64,000 nucleotides of DNA from the human T2T-CHM13v2.0 reference genome, Homo sapiens: the NCBI GenBank assembly GCA_009914755.4, contig CP068257.2:10304001-10368000 (forward strand). Direction: 5' to 3'. The notes beneath the pieces are model-generated. The model saw nothing but the letters and a program-made list of their open reading frames with translations. It made no database searches and had not been told where the DNA came from. Shown piece by piece: positions 1 through 13,065 of the stretch; position 1 is the first letter of the stretch, and every line of letters starts with the position of its first letter. Position numbers and translations under genes: made by a program.

Positions 1-1685
1 CCACTCCACTACATTCCATTCCACTCCACTCAATTCCACTCCAATCCACTCCCTTCCGTTCCACTTCACTCAATTCCATTCCACTCCACTCCATTCCATT
101 CCACTCCACTCCATTCCATTCCATTGCAGCCCATTCCACTCCACTCCATTCCTTTTCATTCCACTCCATTCCATTCCATTCCATTCCATTCCACTCCACT
201 CCATTCCTGTCCACTCCACTCTACTCCACTCTATTCCCTCCCTCTCCACTCCACTCCACTCCATTCCATTCCATTCCATTCTATTCCATTCCAATCCATT
301 CCACTGCACTCCATTCCACTCCACTCCAATCTACTCCACTCCACTCCATTCCCTTCCATTTGGTTCCATTCCATTCCTTCCATTCCATTCCACTCCATTC
401 CTCTCCACTCCACTCCATTCCACTGCATTCTACTCCATTCCCCTCCACTCCACTCCAATGCACTCCACTCCACTCCTTTCCATTCCATTCCATTGCATTC
501 CACTGCATTCCAATCCACTCCCCTCTACTCCACTACACTCCACTCAACTCCACTCCTTTCCATTCTGTTCCTTTCCGTTCTGTACCGTTTCATTCCATTC
601 CACTCTATTCCATTCCACTCCACTCCACTCCATTTCACTCCATAGCACTCCATTCCACTGCACTCCACTCCACTCCTCTCCACTCCACTCCACTCCATTC
701 CATTCCACTCAATTGCATTCCTTTCCATTCCATTCCACTCCATTCCACTAAACTCCATTCCACTCCACTCCACTCCATTATACTATATTCCTCGTCATTC
801 CATTCTATTCCATTCCATTCCTCTCTATTCCATTTAATTCTTTCCACTCCATTCCACTCCACTCCATTCCACTACACTCCATTCCACTCCACTCCACTCC
901 ATACCACTCCATTCCATTCCACTCCACTCTATTCCATTTCATTAACTTCCATTCCATTCCATTCCACTACACGCCAGTCCACTCCACTCAACTCACTTCA
1001 CTCCACTCCTTTCCCTTCCATTCCATTCTATTTCATTCCATTCAATTCCATTCCATTCCATTCCACTCCATTCCACTCCACTCCATTCCATTCCATGGCA
1101 TTCTACTCCATTCCACTGCACTCCCTTCCACTCCACTCCATTTTACTCCATTCCATTACTCCACTCCACTCCACTCCATTCCATTCCATTCCGTTCCACT
1201 GCACTCCGATCCACTCCTCTCAACTCCACTCCACTCCACTCTGTTCCATTCCATTCCGTTTCATTCTGTACCATTCTGTTCCATTCCACTCCATTCCATG
1301 CCAGTCCACTCCATTCCATTCCACTCCATTTCACTCCATTCCACTACATTCTACTCCATTCCACCCCATTCCACTTCACTCCATTCCACTCCTCTCCACT
1401 CCACTCCATTCCATTCCACTGATTTGCGTTCCATTCCATTCCACTCATTTCCATTCCATTCCATTCCATTCCTCTCCATTCTACTCCACTCCATTCCATT
1501 ATGCTGCATTCCACTTCATTCCATTCCATTCCATTCGTCTCTATTCCATTTCTTTCCGTTCTGCTCAATTCCACTTTACTCCATCCCAGTACACTCCATT
1601 CCACTCCGTTCCACTGCATTCCATTCCACTCCACCTCATTCCTTTCCACTTTACTCCATTCAATTCCATTGCTTTATTTCGATTG

Positions 1686-1737
1686 GATGTCACTCTGTCA
1701 CCCAGACTGTATTGCAGTGGCACAATTTTAGCTCACA
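1686..1737 (-). mobile_element. Alu-derived fragment (3' part of an Alu, reverse-complement orientation) embedded in HSat3, copy 1
   Basis: tcactctgtcacccagactgtattgcagtggcacaattttagctcac matches the reverse complement of Alu (ctcgctctgtcgcccaggctggagtgcagtggcgcgatctcggctcac). The flanks gctttatttcgattggatg / attacgtttcacc are non-pentameric. Confidence 0.6.
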
Positions 1738-2105
1738 TTACGTTTCACCATTCCATTCCATTCCATTCCATTCCATTCCATTCCATTCCATTCCATTCCA
1801 CTCCACTCCACACCACTCTACTCCACTCCACTCCATTCCATTCCACTCCATTCCATGCCATTTCATTCCATTCCATTCCACTGCACTCCGATCCACTCCA
1901 CTCAACTGCACTACTCTCCACTCCACTTCATTCCTTTACCTTCCATTCCATTCTGTTCCTTTCCATTCCATTCCACTCTACTCCATTCCATTCCCCTCGT
2001 TCCACTCCAGTCCACTGCACTCCACTCCACTCCACTCTGCTCCACTCCACTCCAATCCATTCCCTTCCATTCTACTGCATTCCATTCGATTACTTTATTT
2101 CAATT

Positions 2106-2158
2106 GGATCTCACTTTGTCAACCAGACTGTAGTGCAGTGGCAAAATCTTAGCTCACA
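2106..2158 (-). mobile_element. Alu-derived fragment, copy 2 (tandem duplicate of the 1686-1737 unit, 420 bp downstream)
   Basis: tcactttgtcaaccagactgtagtgcagtggcaaaatcttagctcac, with homologous flanks (tactttatttcaattggat ... aatgcatttcacc). It is about 85-90% identical to copy 1 and offset exactly 420 bp (84 pentamers). Confidence 0.6.
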
Positions 2159-3637
2159 ATGCATTTCACCATTCTTTTCCATTCCATTCAACTCCATTCC
2201 ATTCCATTCCACTCCACTCCACTGCACTCCACTTCACTCTACTCTCCTGCACTCCCTTCCATCCCACTTCACTCCATTCCATTCCATTCCGTTCCGTTCC
2301 GTTCCGTTCCGTTCCATTCCATTCCGTTCCATTCCATTCCTTTCCTTTCCACTGCACTCAGATTGACTCGACTCAACTCCACTGCACTCCACTCCATTCC
2401 GTTCCATTCCTTTCCATTCCATTCCTTTCCTTTATGTTCCATTCCATTCCTATCCACTCCAAACAATTCCAGTCCACTCCTTTCCATTAAATTCCTCTTC
2501 ACTCCACTCCACTAAACTCCACTCCTTCCCATTCCATTCCACTGCACTCTGATGCACCCCACTCAACTCCACTCCACTCTACTCCACTCCACTCCATTCA
2601 ATTCTGCTGCCCTCCAATCCACTCCACTGCACTCCACTCCCTTCCTTTCCATTCCAATCCATACCATTCCACTGCACTCCTCTCCATTCCACTCCACTCC
2701 ATTCCATTCCACTCCACTCCATTCCATTCCACTTCACTCCATTCCATTCCACTCCACTCCTTTCCATTCCACTCCACTCCATCCCATTCCTTTCCATTCC
2801 ATTACATTCCATTACATTCCACTCCACTCCATCCCATTCCTTTCTATTCCGTTCCATTCCATTCCATTCCATTCCATTCCTTTCCATTCCATTCCACTGC
2901 ACTCCGATCCACTCCACTCAACTCCTCTCCACTGTATTCCATTCTGTTCCATTCCGTTGCATTCCATTCCTTTCCATTCCTTTCAATTTCATTCCATTCC
3001 ATTCCATTCCACTCCACTCCATGCCATTCCACTCCATTCCACTCTACTCCACTCCACTCCAATCCCCTCCACTCTACTCCCTTACATTCCATTCCATTCC
3101 ATTGCACTGCATTCCTATCCACTCCACTCAACTCCATTGCACTCTACTCCACTTCATTCCACTGTGTTGCATTCCATTTCATTCATTTCCTCTCCATTCC
3201 ATTCCACTCCATTCCATTCCACTCCACTCGATTCCACTCCACTCCATTTCACTCCATTGCACTCCATTCCACTCCACTCCACTCCATTCCATTCCACTCT
3301 ATTACATTCCATTCCACTCCATTCCATTCAATTCCATTCCATACCATTCCACTCCATTCAACTCCACTTCACTCCACTCCACTCCAATTCCCTCCACTCC
3401 ACTCCAATCCACTCCACTCCACTCCATTCCATTCCACTCCATTCCATTCCACTTCACTCTGCTCCATTCCATTCCACTACACTCCACTCCATTCCATTCC
3501 ATTTTTTTGAAATCCACTCCATTCCATTTCACTCCACTCCACCCCAATCCACACCACTCCACTTCACTCCACTCCATTCCATTCCATTCCATTCCATTCC
3601 ATTCCATTCCATTCCATTCCATTCCACTGCACTCCAA

Positions 3638-4412
3638 TCTTCACATAAAATGTAGACAGAAGCTTTCTGAGAAACTTTTCTCTGATGTGTGCATTCATCT
3701 CACAGATGTGAACCATTCTTTTGTTTGAGCAGTTTGGTAACATTCTTTTTGTAGAATCTGCAAAAGGATATTTGTGAGCACTTTGAAGCCTATGGTGAAA
3801 AAGGAAATATCTTCAGAGAAAAACTAGAAAGAAGGTTTCTGAGAAACTGCTTTGTCATGTGTGAATTAGTCTCACAGATTTGAACCTTTCTGTTGATTGA
3901 ACATATTGGAAACCTTCTTTTTGTAGAATCTGCAAAGGGATATTTGTGAACACTTGGAGGCCAATGGTGAAAAAGGAAATATATTCACATGAAAACTAGA
4001 CAGAATCTTTCTGAGACACTTCTGTGTTTGGAGTGCACTCATCTCAAACAGTTGAACCTTTCTTTTGATTGAGCAGTTTGGAAACAGTCTTTTTGTAGGA
4101 TCAGCAATGAGATGTTTGTGAGTGCTTTGAGGCCTATGGCAAAAAAGGAAATATCTTCACATAACAACTAGACAGAAGGTTTCTGAGAAACTGCTTTGTA
4201 ATGTGTGCATTCATCTCCCAGTGGTAAACATTTATTTTCATTGAGCAGATGGGAAACTTTTTTCTTGTAGAATCTGCAAAGGGATATTTGTGAGTGCTTT
4301 GAGGCCTATGGTGAAAAAGGAAATATCTTCATATAAAATGTAGACAGAAGCTTTCTGAGAAATTTATTTGTGATGTGTGCATTCTTCTCATAGAGTTGAA
4401 CCATTCTTCTCT
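3638..4412 (+). repeat. Alpha satellite, divergent monomeric family M, in consensus (A) orientation
   Basis: 171-bp monomers matching the alpha-satellite consensus (ttgtagaatctgcaaagggatatttgtgag...gcctatggtgaaaaaggaaatatcttcacataaaaactagacagaag...gtgatgtgtgcattcatctcacagagttgaacctttcttttgattgagcagtttggaaac). It starts directly after HSat3 at about 3637. Confidence 0.95.
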
Positions 4413-5584
4413 ATTTTTTTGGGAGCTCTGGGTTTATTTATTTATTTATTTACTTTTATTATTATTATACTTTAATTTTTAGGGAACATGTGTACAACGT
4501 GCTAGTTTGTTACACATGTATACATGTGCCATGTTTGTGTGCTGCACCCATGAACTCATCATTTAGCATTAGGTATATCTCCTAAGGCTATCCCTCCCCC
4601 TCCCCACACCTGACTACAGTCCCTGGTGTGTGGTGTGTGATGTTTCCCTTCCTGTGTCCATGTGTTCTCTTTGATCAACTCCCAACTATGAGTGAGAACA
4701 TGTGGTGTTTTATTTTTTGTCCTTGCAATAGTTCACTGAGAATGATGGTTTCCAGCTTCATCCATGTCCCTACAAAGAACATGAACTCATCATTTTTTAT
4801 GGCTGCATAGTGTTCCATGATGTATATGTGCCACATTTTCTTCATCCAGTCTATCGTGGTTGGACATTTACGTTGGTTCCAAGTCTTTGCTATTGTGAAT
4901 AGTGCCACTATAAACATATGTGTGCATGTGTCTTTATAGCAGCATGATTTATAATCCTTTGGGTATATACCCAGTAATGGCATGGCTGGGTCAAGTGGTA
5001 TTTCTAGTTCTAGATCCCTGAGGAATCTCCTTACCGACTTCCACAATGGTTGAACTAGTTTACAGTCCCATTAACAGTGCAAAAATGTTCCTATTTCTCA
5101 CATCCTCTCCAGCACCTGTTGTTTCCTGACTTTTTAATGATCGCCATTCTAACTGGTGTGAGATGGTATCTCATTGTGGTTTGACTTGCATTTCTCTGAT
5201 GGCCAGTGAAGATGAGCATTTTTTCATTTGTTCATTGGCTGCATAAATGTCTTCTTTTGAGAAATGTCTGTTCATATCCTTTGCCCACTTTTTGATGGAG
5301 TTGTTTGTTTTTTTCCTGTAAATTTGTCTGAGTTCATTGTAGATTCTAGATATTAGCCCTTTGTCAGATGAATAGGTTTCAAAAATTTTCTCCCATTCCG
5401 TAGGATGCCTGTTCACTCTGATGGTGGTTTCTTTTGCTGTGCAGAAGCTCCTTAGTTTAATGAGATCCCATTTGTCAATTGTGGCTTTTGTTGACATTGC
5501 TTTAGGTGTTTTAGACATGAAGTACTTGCCCTTGTCTATGTCCTGAATGGTATTGCCTAGGTTTTCTTCTAGAGATTTTATGTG
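4413..5584 (-). mobile_element. L1 (LINE-1) 3' fragment of about 1.17 kb, minus orientation, with a degenerate poly-A / (TAAA)n tail at the left end
   Basis: T-run plus (ttta)n at 4413-4460. This is followed by the reverse complement of the L1 3'UTR (ttattatactttaatttttagggaacatgtgtacaacgtg...gggagggatagcc) and of the ORF2 C-terminus. Minus-strand ORFs 4675-5046 and 5171-5590 encode the ORF2 C-terminal peptides (...CYKDTCTHMFIVALFTIAKTWNQ..., ...[24 protein letters not shown]). A possible short TSD cattctt is present. Confidence 0.93.
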
Positions 5585-8500
5585 AAGCATTCTTTTGATT
5601 AATCAATTTGGATACTCTGTTGTTGTAGAATCTACAAGGAGATATTTGTGAGCGCTTTGATGCCTATGGTGAAAAAGGAAATATCTTCACCTAAAAACTA
5701 GACAGAAGCATTCTGAGAAACTTCTTTGCGATGTATGCATTCGTCTCACACAGTTGAACCTTTCTTCTGATTGAGCAGTTTCAAAACAGTCCTTTTGTAG
5801 AATCTTCAAAGGGATATTTGTGAGCCCATTGAGGCCTATGGTGAAATAGGAAATATCTTCATATAAAAACTAGTCAGAAGATTTCTGGAAACTTATTTGT
5901 GATGTGTGCTTTCACCTCACAGAGTTGAACCTTTCTTTTGATTGAGCAGTTTGAAAACACACTTTTTGTAGAATCTGCAAATGGATATTTGGAGCACTTT
6001 GAGGACTATGGTGAAAAAGGAAATATCTTCACATAAAAATTAGAAAGCAACATTTTATGAAACTTCTTTGTGATGCGTGCTTTCATCTCACATAGTTGAA
6101 CCTTTCTATTCATTGAGTAGTTTGGAAACCATCTTTTGTAGAATCTGCAAATGGATATTTGGAGTGGTTTGAGGCCTTCGTGAGAAAGGAAATATCTTCA
6201 CATAAAAACTAGACAGAAGCATCCTGAGAAACTTCTTGGTGACGTGTGCATTTACCACACAGAGTTGAACTGATCTGTTGATTGAACAGTTTGGTAACAG
6301 TCTTTTTGTAGTATCTGTAGAGGGATGTTTGTGAGCAGTTTGAGGCCTATGGTGAGCAAGGAAATATCTTCACATAAAAACTAGACAGAAGCTTTCTGAG
6401 AAATTTCTTTGTGATGTGTGAATTAATCTCAGAGTGTTGAATCTTTCTTTGGATTGAGCAGTTTGTAAACAATCCTTTTGTAGAATCTGCAAAGGTATAT
6501 TTCTGAGCCCATTGAGGCCTATGGTGAAATATGAAATATCTTCCCATAAAAAGAAGATAGAAGGTTTCTAAGAAACTTCTCAGTGATGTGTGCTTCCATC
6601 TCACAGAGTTGAACATTTCTATTCATTGAGCAGTTTGGAAACCATCTTTTTGCAGAATCTGCAAATGGATATTTGGAGTGGTTTGAGGACTTTGTGAGAA
6701 AGGAAATATCTTCACATTAAAACTAGACAGAAGCATTCTGAGAAACTTCTTGGTGACGTGTGCATTTATCACACAGAGTTAAACCCTTCTTTTGATTGAA
6801 CAGTTTGGAAACAGTCTTTTTGTAGTATCTGTAGAGTGATTTTTGTGAGCAGTTTAAGGCCTATGGTGAACAAGGAAATATCTTCACATAAAAACTAGGC
6901 AGAAGCTTTCTGAGAAACTTCTTTGTGATGTGTGAACTCATCTCACAGTGTTGAACCTTTGTTTGGATGGAGCAGTTTGTAAACAATCCTTTTGTAGAAT
7001 CTGCAAAGGTATATTTCTGAGCCCATTGAGGCCTATGGTGAAATACGAAATATCTTCCCATAAAAACTAGACAGAAGGTTTCTAAGAAACTTCTTTGTGA
7101 TGTGTGCTTCCATCTAACAGAGTTGAACCTTTCTTTTGATTGAGCAGTTTGGAGACACTCTTTTTGTAGAATCTGCAAATGTATATTTGGAGCGCTTTGA
7201 GGCCTATGGTAAAAAAGGAAATACCATCACATAAAAATTCGATGGAAGAATTCTGAGAAACTTCTTTGTGAGGGTTGGATTCATCTCACACATTTGAACA
7301 TTTCTTTGATTGAAGATTTGGAAACAGTCTTTTTGTAAAATCTATAAAGGGATAATTGTGAACCCTTTGAGGCCTAGGGTGAAGTAGGAAATATCTTCAC
7401 ATAAAAACTACACAGAAATTTTCTGAGAAACGTTTTAGTGATGCGTGCATTCATCTCACAGTGTTGAACCTTTCCTTTGCTAGAGCACTTTGGAAACAGT
7501 CCTATTGTAGAATCCCCAAAGGGATACTTCTCAGCCGATTGAGGCCTTTGGTGATATTGGAAATATCTTCACATAAAAGCTAGACAGAAGCTTTCTGAGA
7601 AACTTATTTTTAATGAGTGCTCTCATCTCAAAGAGTTAAGTGTTTCTTTTGAATGAGCAGTTTGGAAACACTCTTTTTGCATAATCTGCAAATGGATAAT
7701 TGGAGCGTTTTGAGGCCTATGGTGAAAAAGGAAATATCTTCACATAAAAACTAAACAGAAGTTTTCTGGGAAACTACTTTGTAATGTGTGCATTCATCTC
7801 ACAGCGTTGAAAACTTCTTTTGATTGAGCAGTTTGTAAACAGTCTTTTTTGTAGAATCTGCAAATGGATATTTGGAGTGCTCTGAGTTCTATAGTGAAAA
7901 AGGAAATATCTTCCAAAAAAAACTAGAAAGAAACATTCTGAGAAACTTCTTTGTGATATGTACTTTCATCTCACAGAGTTGAACCTTTCTTTTCATTGAG
8001 CAGTTTGGAAACAGACTTTTTATAGAATCTGGAAATGCATATTTGGAGAGCTTTGAGGCCTATGGAGAAAAAGGAAATATCTTCAGATAAACACTAAACA
8101 GAAGCTTTCTGAGAAACTTCTTTGTGATGCCTGCATTCATATCACAGAGCTGAAACTTTCTTTTGATTTAGCAGTTTGTAAACAGTCTTTTGGTAGAATC
8201 TGCAAATAGATACTTGGAGTGCTTTGAGGCCTATGTTGAAAAAGGAAATATCTTCACAAAAAATCTAGAAAGATACATTCTGAGAAACTTCTTTGTGATG
8301 TGTGCTTTCACCTCACGGAGTTGAAACTTTCTTTTCATTGAGCAACTTGGAAACAGTCTTTTTGTGGAATCTGCAAATGGATATTTGGAGCGCTTTGAGG
8401 CTTGTGGTGAAAAAGGAAATATCTCATGTAAACCCTAGACAGAAGTATTCTGAGAAACTTCTTTGTATTGTGTCCATTCATCTCACAGAGTTGAAACTTT

Positions 8501-11500
8501 CTTTGGATTGAGCAGTTTGGAAATAGTCTTTTTGTAGAATCTGTGAAAAATATTTTTGGGCCCTTTATGGCCCATGGTGAAACAGAAAATATCCTCAAAG
8601 AAAAACTAGACATAAGCTTTCTGAGAAACTTCTTTGTGATGTGTACTTTCAACACACGGAGTTGTAGCTTTCTTTTGATTGAGCAGTTTTGAAACAGTCT
8701 TTTTGCGGAATCAGCAAATGGATGTTTGGAGTGCTTTGAGGCCTATGGTGAAAAAGTGAATAACTTCACATAAAAAATAGACAGAAGCATTGTGAGAAAC
8801 ATCTCTGTGATGTGTGCATTCATCTCACAGAGTTGAACCTTTCTTTGATTGAGCAGTTTGGAAACAGTCCTTTTGTAGAATCTGCAAAGGGATATTTCTG
8901 AGCCCATTGAAGCCTAGGGTGAAAAAGAAATGTCTTCCCATAAAAAGTAGATAGAAGCATTCTGATAAACTTTTTTGTGGTGTGTCCATTCATCTCACAG
9001 AGTTGAAACTTCCCTTGGATTGAGCAGTTTGAAAACAGTCTTTTTGCAGAATTTACAAAAAAATTTTGTGAGCCCTATATGGCCCATGGTGAAATAGGAA
9101 ATATCGTCACATAAAAAATAGACAGAAGCTTTCTGAGAGACTACTTTGTGATGTTTGCTTCCGTGTCACAGGTTTGAACCTTTCTTTTGATTGAGCAGTT
9201 TGGAAACACTCTTTTTGTAGAATCTACAAATGGGTATTTGGAGCGCTTTGAGGCCTATGGTGAAAAAAGAAATATCTGCACATAAAAACTAGACAGATGC
9301 ATTCTGCAAAACTTCTTTGTGATGTGTGCATTCATCTCACAGAGTTGAATCTTTCTTTGGATTCAGCAGTTTTCTAAACAGACCTTTTGTAAAATCTACA
9401 AAGTAATACTTCTGAGCCCATTGAGGCCTATGGTGAAAAAGGAAATATCTTCACACGAAATCTTAACAGAAGCATTCTGAGAAACTTCTTTGTGATGTGT
9501 GCACTCATCTCACAGTGTTGAAACTTTCTTTTGATTGAGCAGTTTGGAAACAGTCTTTTTGTACAATCTGCAAAGGGATATTTCTGAGCCATTTGAGGCC
9601 TACTGTGAAAGAGAAATATCTTCATATAAAAACTAGCAAAAGCATTCTGAGAAACTTCTTTGTAATGTGTGCATTCATCACACAGAGTTGAAACTTTCTT
9701 TTGATTGAGCAGTTTGGGGACAGTCTTTTTGTATAATGTGCAAAAGGATATTTGTGAGCCCTTTCAGGACTGTGGTGAAATAGGGAATATCTTCACAAAA
9801 AAACTAGACCGAAGCTTTTGGAGAAACTTCTTTGTGTTGTGTGCTTTCATCTCACAGAGTTGAACTTTTCTTTTGATTGAGCAGTTTGGAAACATTCTTT
9901 TTGTAGAATCTGAAGATGGATATTTGCAGCATTTCAGGCCTATGGTGAACAGGAAATTTCTTCACATAAAAACTAGACAGAAGCATTCTGAGAAACTTCT
10001 TTGTGATGTGTGCATTCATGTCACAGAGTTAAAACTTTCTGTGGCTTGAGCAGTTTGGAAAGAATTCTTTTGCAGAATCTGCAAAGGGATGTTTGTGAGC
10101 CCATTGGGGCCTATGGTGAAATAGGAAATGTCTTCACATAAAAACTAGGCAGAAGCTTTTTGTAAAACTTCTTTGTGCTGTGTGCTTTCACCACAAAGAG
10201 TTGAACCTCTCTTTTGAGTGAGCAGTTTGGAAACACTCTTTTTGTAGAAATTGCAAATGGATATTTGGAGTGCTTTGACGCCTATAGTGAAAAAGAAAAT
10301 ATCTGCATTTAAAAACTAGACAGAAACTTTCTGAGAAACTTCTTTGTGATGTGTGCTTTCATCTCACAGATTTGGACCTTGCTTTTCATTGAGAAGTTTG
10401 GCAACAACTCGTTTTGTAGAATCTGCAAAGAGATATTTGTCAGCAGTTTGAGGCCTATGGTGAAAAAGTAAATATCTTCACCTAAAACCTAGACAGAAGC
10501 ATTTTGAGAAAACTCTTTGTGATGTTTGCATTCATCTCACTGAGTTGAACCTTTCTGTTCATTGAGCAGTGTGGAAACATGCTTTTTGTGCAATCTGCAA
10601 AGGAATATTTGTTTGCGGTTTGAGACCTATGGTGAAAAAGTAATAACTTCAAATAAAAACTGGACAGAAACATTCTGATAAACTAATTTTGCATGTGTGC
10701 ATTGATCTCACAGAGTTGAATCTTTCTTTTGATGAAGCAGTTCGGAAACAGTTTTTTGTAGAATCTGAATAGGGATATTTGTGATCCCTTTGAGGCCTAA
10801 GGAGAAATAGGAAATATCTTCACATAAAAACTAGACGGAAACTTTCTGAGAAAGTTCTTTGTGACGTGGGCTTTCATCTCACAGATGTGAAACTTTATTT
10901 TGATTGAGCAGTTTGGAAAGAGTCTTTTGTAGTATCTGCAGAGGGCTATTAGTGAGCGGACAGGCTTATAGTGAAAAAAGAAGTGGCTTCTCAAAAAAAC
11001 TATACAGAAGAATTCTGAGAGACTTCTTTGTAATGTGTGCATTTATCTTACAGTGTTAAACCTTTCTTTTGATCGAGCTTTTTGGAAACACTCTTTTTGT
11101 AGCATCTGCAAGAGTATACTTCTGAGCCCATTGAGACCTATTTTGAAATATGAAATATCTTCACATAAAAACTAGATAGAAGGTTTCTAAGAAACACTTG
11201 TGTGAAGTGTGCTTTCATCTCACAGAGTTGAACCTCTCTTTTCATTGAGCAGTTTGAAAACACTCTTTTTGTAGAATCTGCAAGTGGATATTTGGAGTGC
11301 TTTCAGGCCCATGGTGAAAAAGGAAATACCTTCACATAATAACCACACAGAAGCATTCTGAGAAACTTCTTTGTGATGTGTGCATTCATCTCACAGTGTT
11401 GAAACTTTATTTTGTTTGAGCAGTTTAGAAACAGTCTTTTCCTGCATTCTGCAAAGGTGTATTTCTGAGCCATTTGAGGTCTATGTGAAAAAGAAATATC

Positions 11501-13065
11501 TTCATATTTAAACTAGACAGAAGCATTCTGAGGAACTTCTTTGTGATGTCTCCATTCATCTGACAGATTTGAAGATTTCTTTTAATTCACACTTTTGAAA
11601 CCATATTTTTGTAGAATCTGCAAAGGGATATTTTTGAGACATTTGAAGCTTATAGTGACATAGTAAATATCGTCACATAAAAACTAGACAGGAGAGTTCT
11701 GAGAAACTTCATTCTCATGTGTGCATTCACCTCACAGAATTTAAGCTTTCTTTTGATTGAGCAGTATGGAAATGGTTGTCTTTTAGAAACTGGAAAGGGA
11801 TATTTCTTAGCCCTTTGAGGCCTATGGTGAAACTGGAAATATCTTCACATGAAAACTAGACCGAAGCTTTCTGAGAAAGTCCTTTGAGATGTGTGCTTTC
11901 ATCTCACAGAGTTAAAACTTTCTTTTGATTGAGCAGTTTGGAAACACTCTTTTTGTGATATCTGTAAATGGATATTAGGAGTGCTTTGAGGTCAATGGTG
12001 ACAAAGGAAATATCCTCACATAAAAACTAAACAGAAATTTTCTGAGAAATTACTTTTTGATGTGTCCATTAATCTAACAGAGTTGAAACTTTCTTTTTAT
12101 TGAGCAGTTTGGATATAGTCTTTTTGTAGAATCTGCAAAAAAATATTTGTGAGCCCTTTATTGCCTATGGTGAAATAGGAATTTTCTTCACATATAAACT
12201 AGAAAGAAGCATTCTGAGAAACTTCTTTTTGATGTGTGCATTCATCTCACATAGTTGAAACTTTCTTTGGATTGAGCAGTTTGGAAACAGCCCTTTTGTA
12301 GAATCTGCAAAGGAATATTTCTGAGCGCATTGAGTACTATGGTGCAATGTGAAATATCTTCACATAAAAACTAGAAAGAAGCTTTCTAAGAAACTTCTTT
12401 GTGATGTGTGCTTTCATCTCACAGAATTGAAACTTTCTTTTGATTGAGGAGTTTGGAAACACTCTTTATCTAGAATCTGCAAATGGATATTTTGAGCGCT
12501 ATTGAGGCCCATGGTGAAAAACGCAATATCCTCACATAAAAACTAAACAGAAGCTTTCTGAGAGACTTCCTTGTGATGTGTGCATTCATCTCACAGAGTT
12601 GAACCTTTCTTTTTATTGAGCAGGTTAGAAAGAGGCTTATTGAACAATCTGCAAAGGGATAATTCTGATCATTTTGAGTCCTATGGTGAAAGAGAAATAT
12701 CTTCACATAAAAACTAGACAGAATCATTCCAAGAAATTTCTTTGTGATGTGTCCATTCATCTCACAGAGTTGAAACTTTCTTTTGATTGAGCAGTTTGGA
12801 AACAGTCTTTTTGTAGAACCTTCAAAGGGATATTTGTGAGCCCTTTATGACCTCAGGTAAAATAGAAAATATCTTCACATACAAACTAGAGAGAAGCTGT
12901 TTGAGTAACTTTTTTGTGATGTGTGCTTTCATCTCACAGAGGTAAAAATTTGTTTTGATTGATTAGTTTGGAAGCAGTCTTTTTGTTGAATCTGCAAATG
13001 GATGTTTGGATTGCTTTGAGGCCTATGTTGAGAAAGGTAATATGTTCACTAAAAACAAGACAGAA
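5585..13065 (+). repeat. Alpha satellite, family M, A orientation
   Basis: Continuous 171-bp monomers of the same type as 3638-4412, with monomer-to-monomer divergence of roughly 10-25% (monomeric, not homogeneous higher-order repeats). Confidence 0.95.
6105..7135 (+). repeat. Local tandem duplication of a 3-monomer (about 515 bp) alpha-satellite unit, two copies
   Basis: 6105-6620 and 6620-7135 are about 90% identical over three monomers (e.g. ...aaaccatctttt(t)g(t/c)agaatctgcaaatggatatttggagtggtttgagg(c/a)ctt(c/t)gtgagaaaggaaatatc...). The artefact ORFs 6347-6616 and 6861-7178 give near-identical peptides. Confidence 0.8.

Larger units (their letters stand above)
1..3637. repeat. Satellite III (HSat3) pentameric (ATTCC)n array. 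On the + strand it reads CCATT/CCACT; on the minus strand GGAAT.
   Basis: The sequence is a near-continuous tandem run of the pentamers ccatt and ccact with typical HSat3 variants (e.g. ccgtt, gttcc x5 at 2282-2310). Diverged blocks ccactgcactccgatccactccactcaactcc recur at about 1199, 1879, 2353, 2545 and 2898. The reading frame has no stop codons, so long artefactual ORFs arise. Confidence 0.93.

Noticed and set aside
360-2366. 668-aa + strand ORF and about 25 other ORFs across 70-3655 (peptides like HSIPFHSTPLHS... / MEWNGMEWSG...)
   Set aside because: These are translations of the (CCATT)n pentamer array. That array has no stop codon in several frames on either strand. The peptides are low-complexity 5-residue periodic strings with no start-codon context. 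They are artefacts, not genes.
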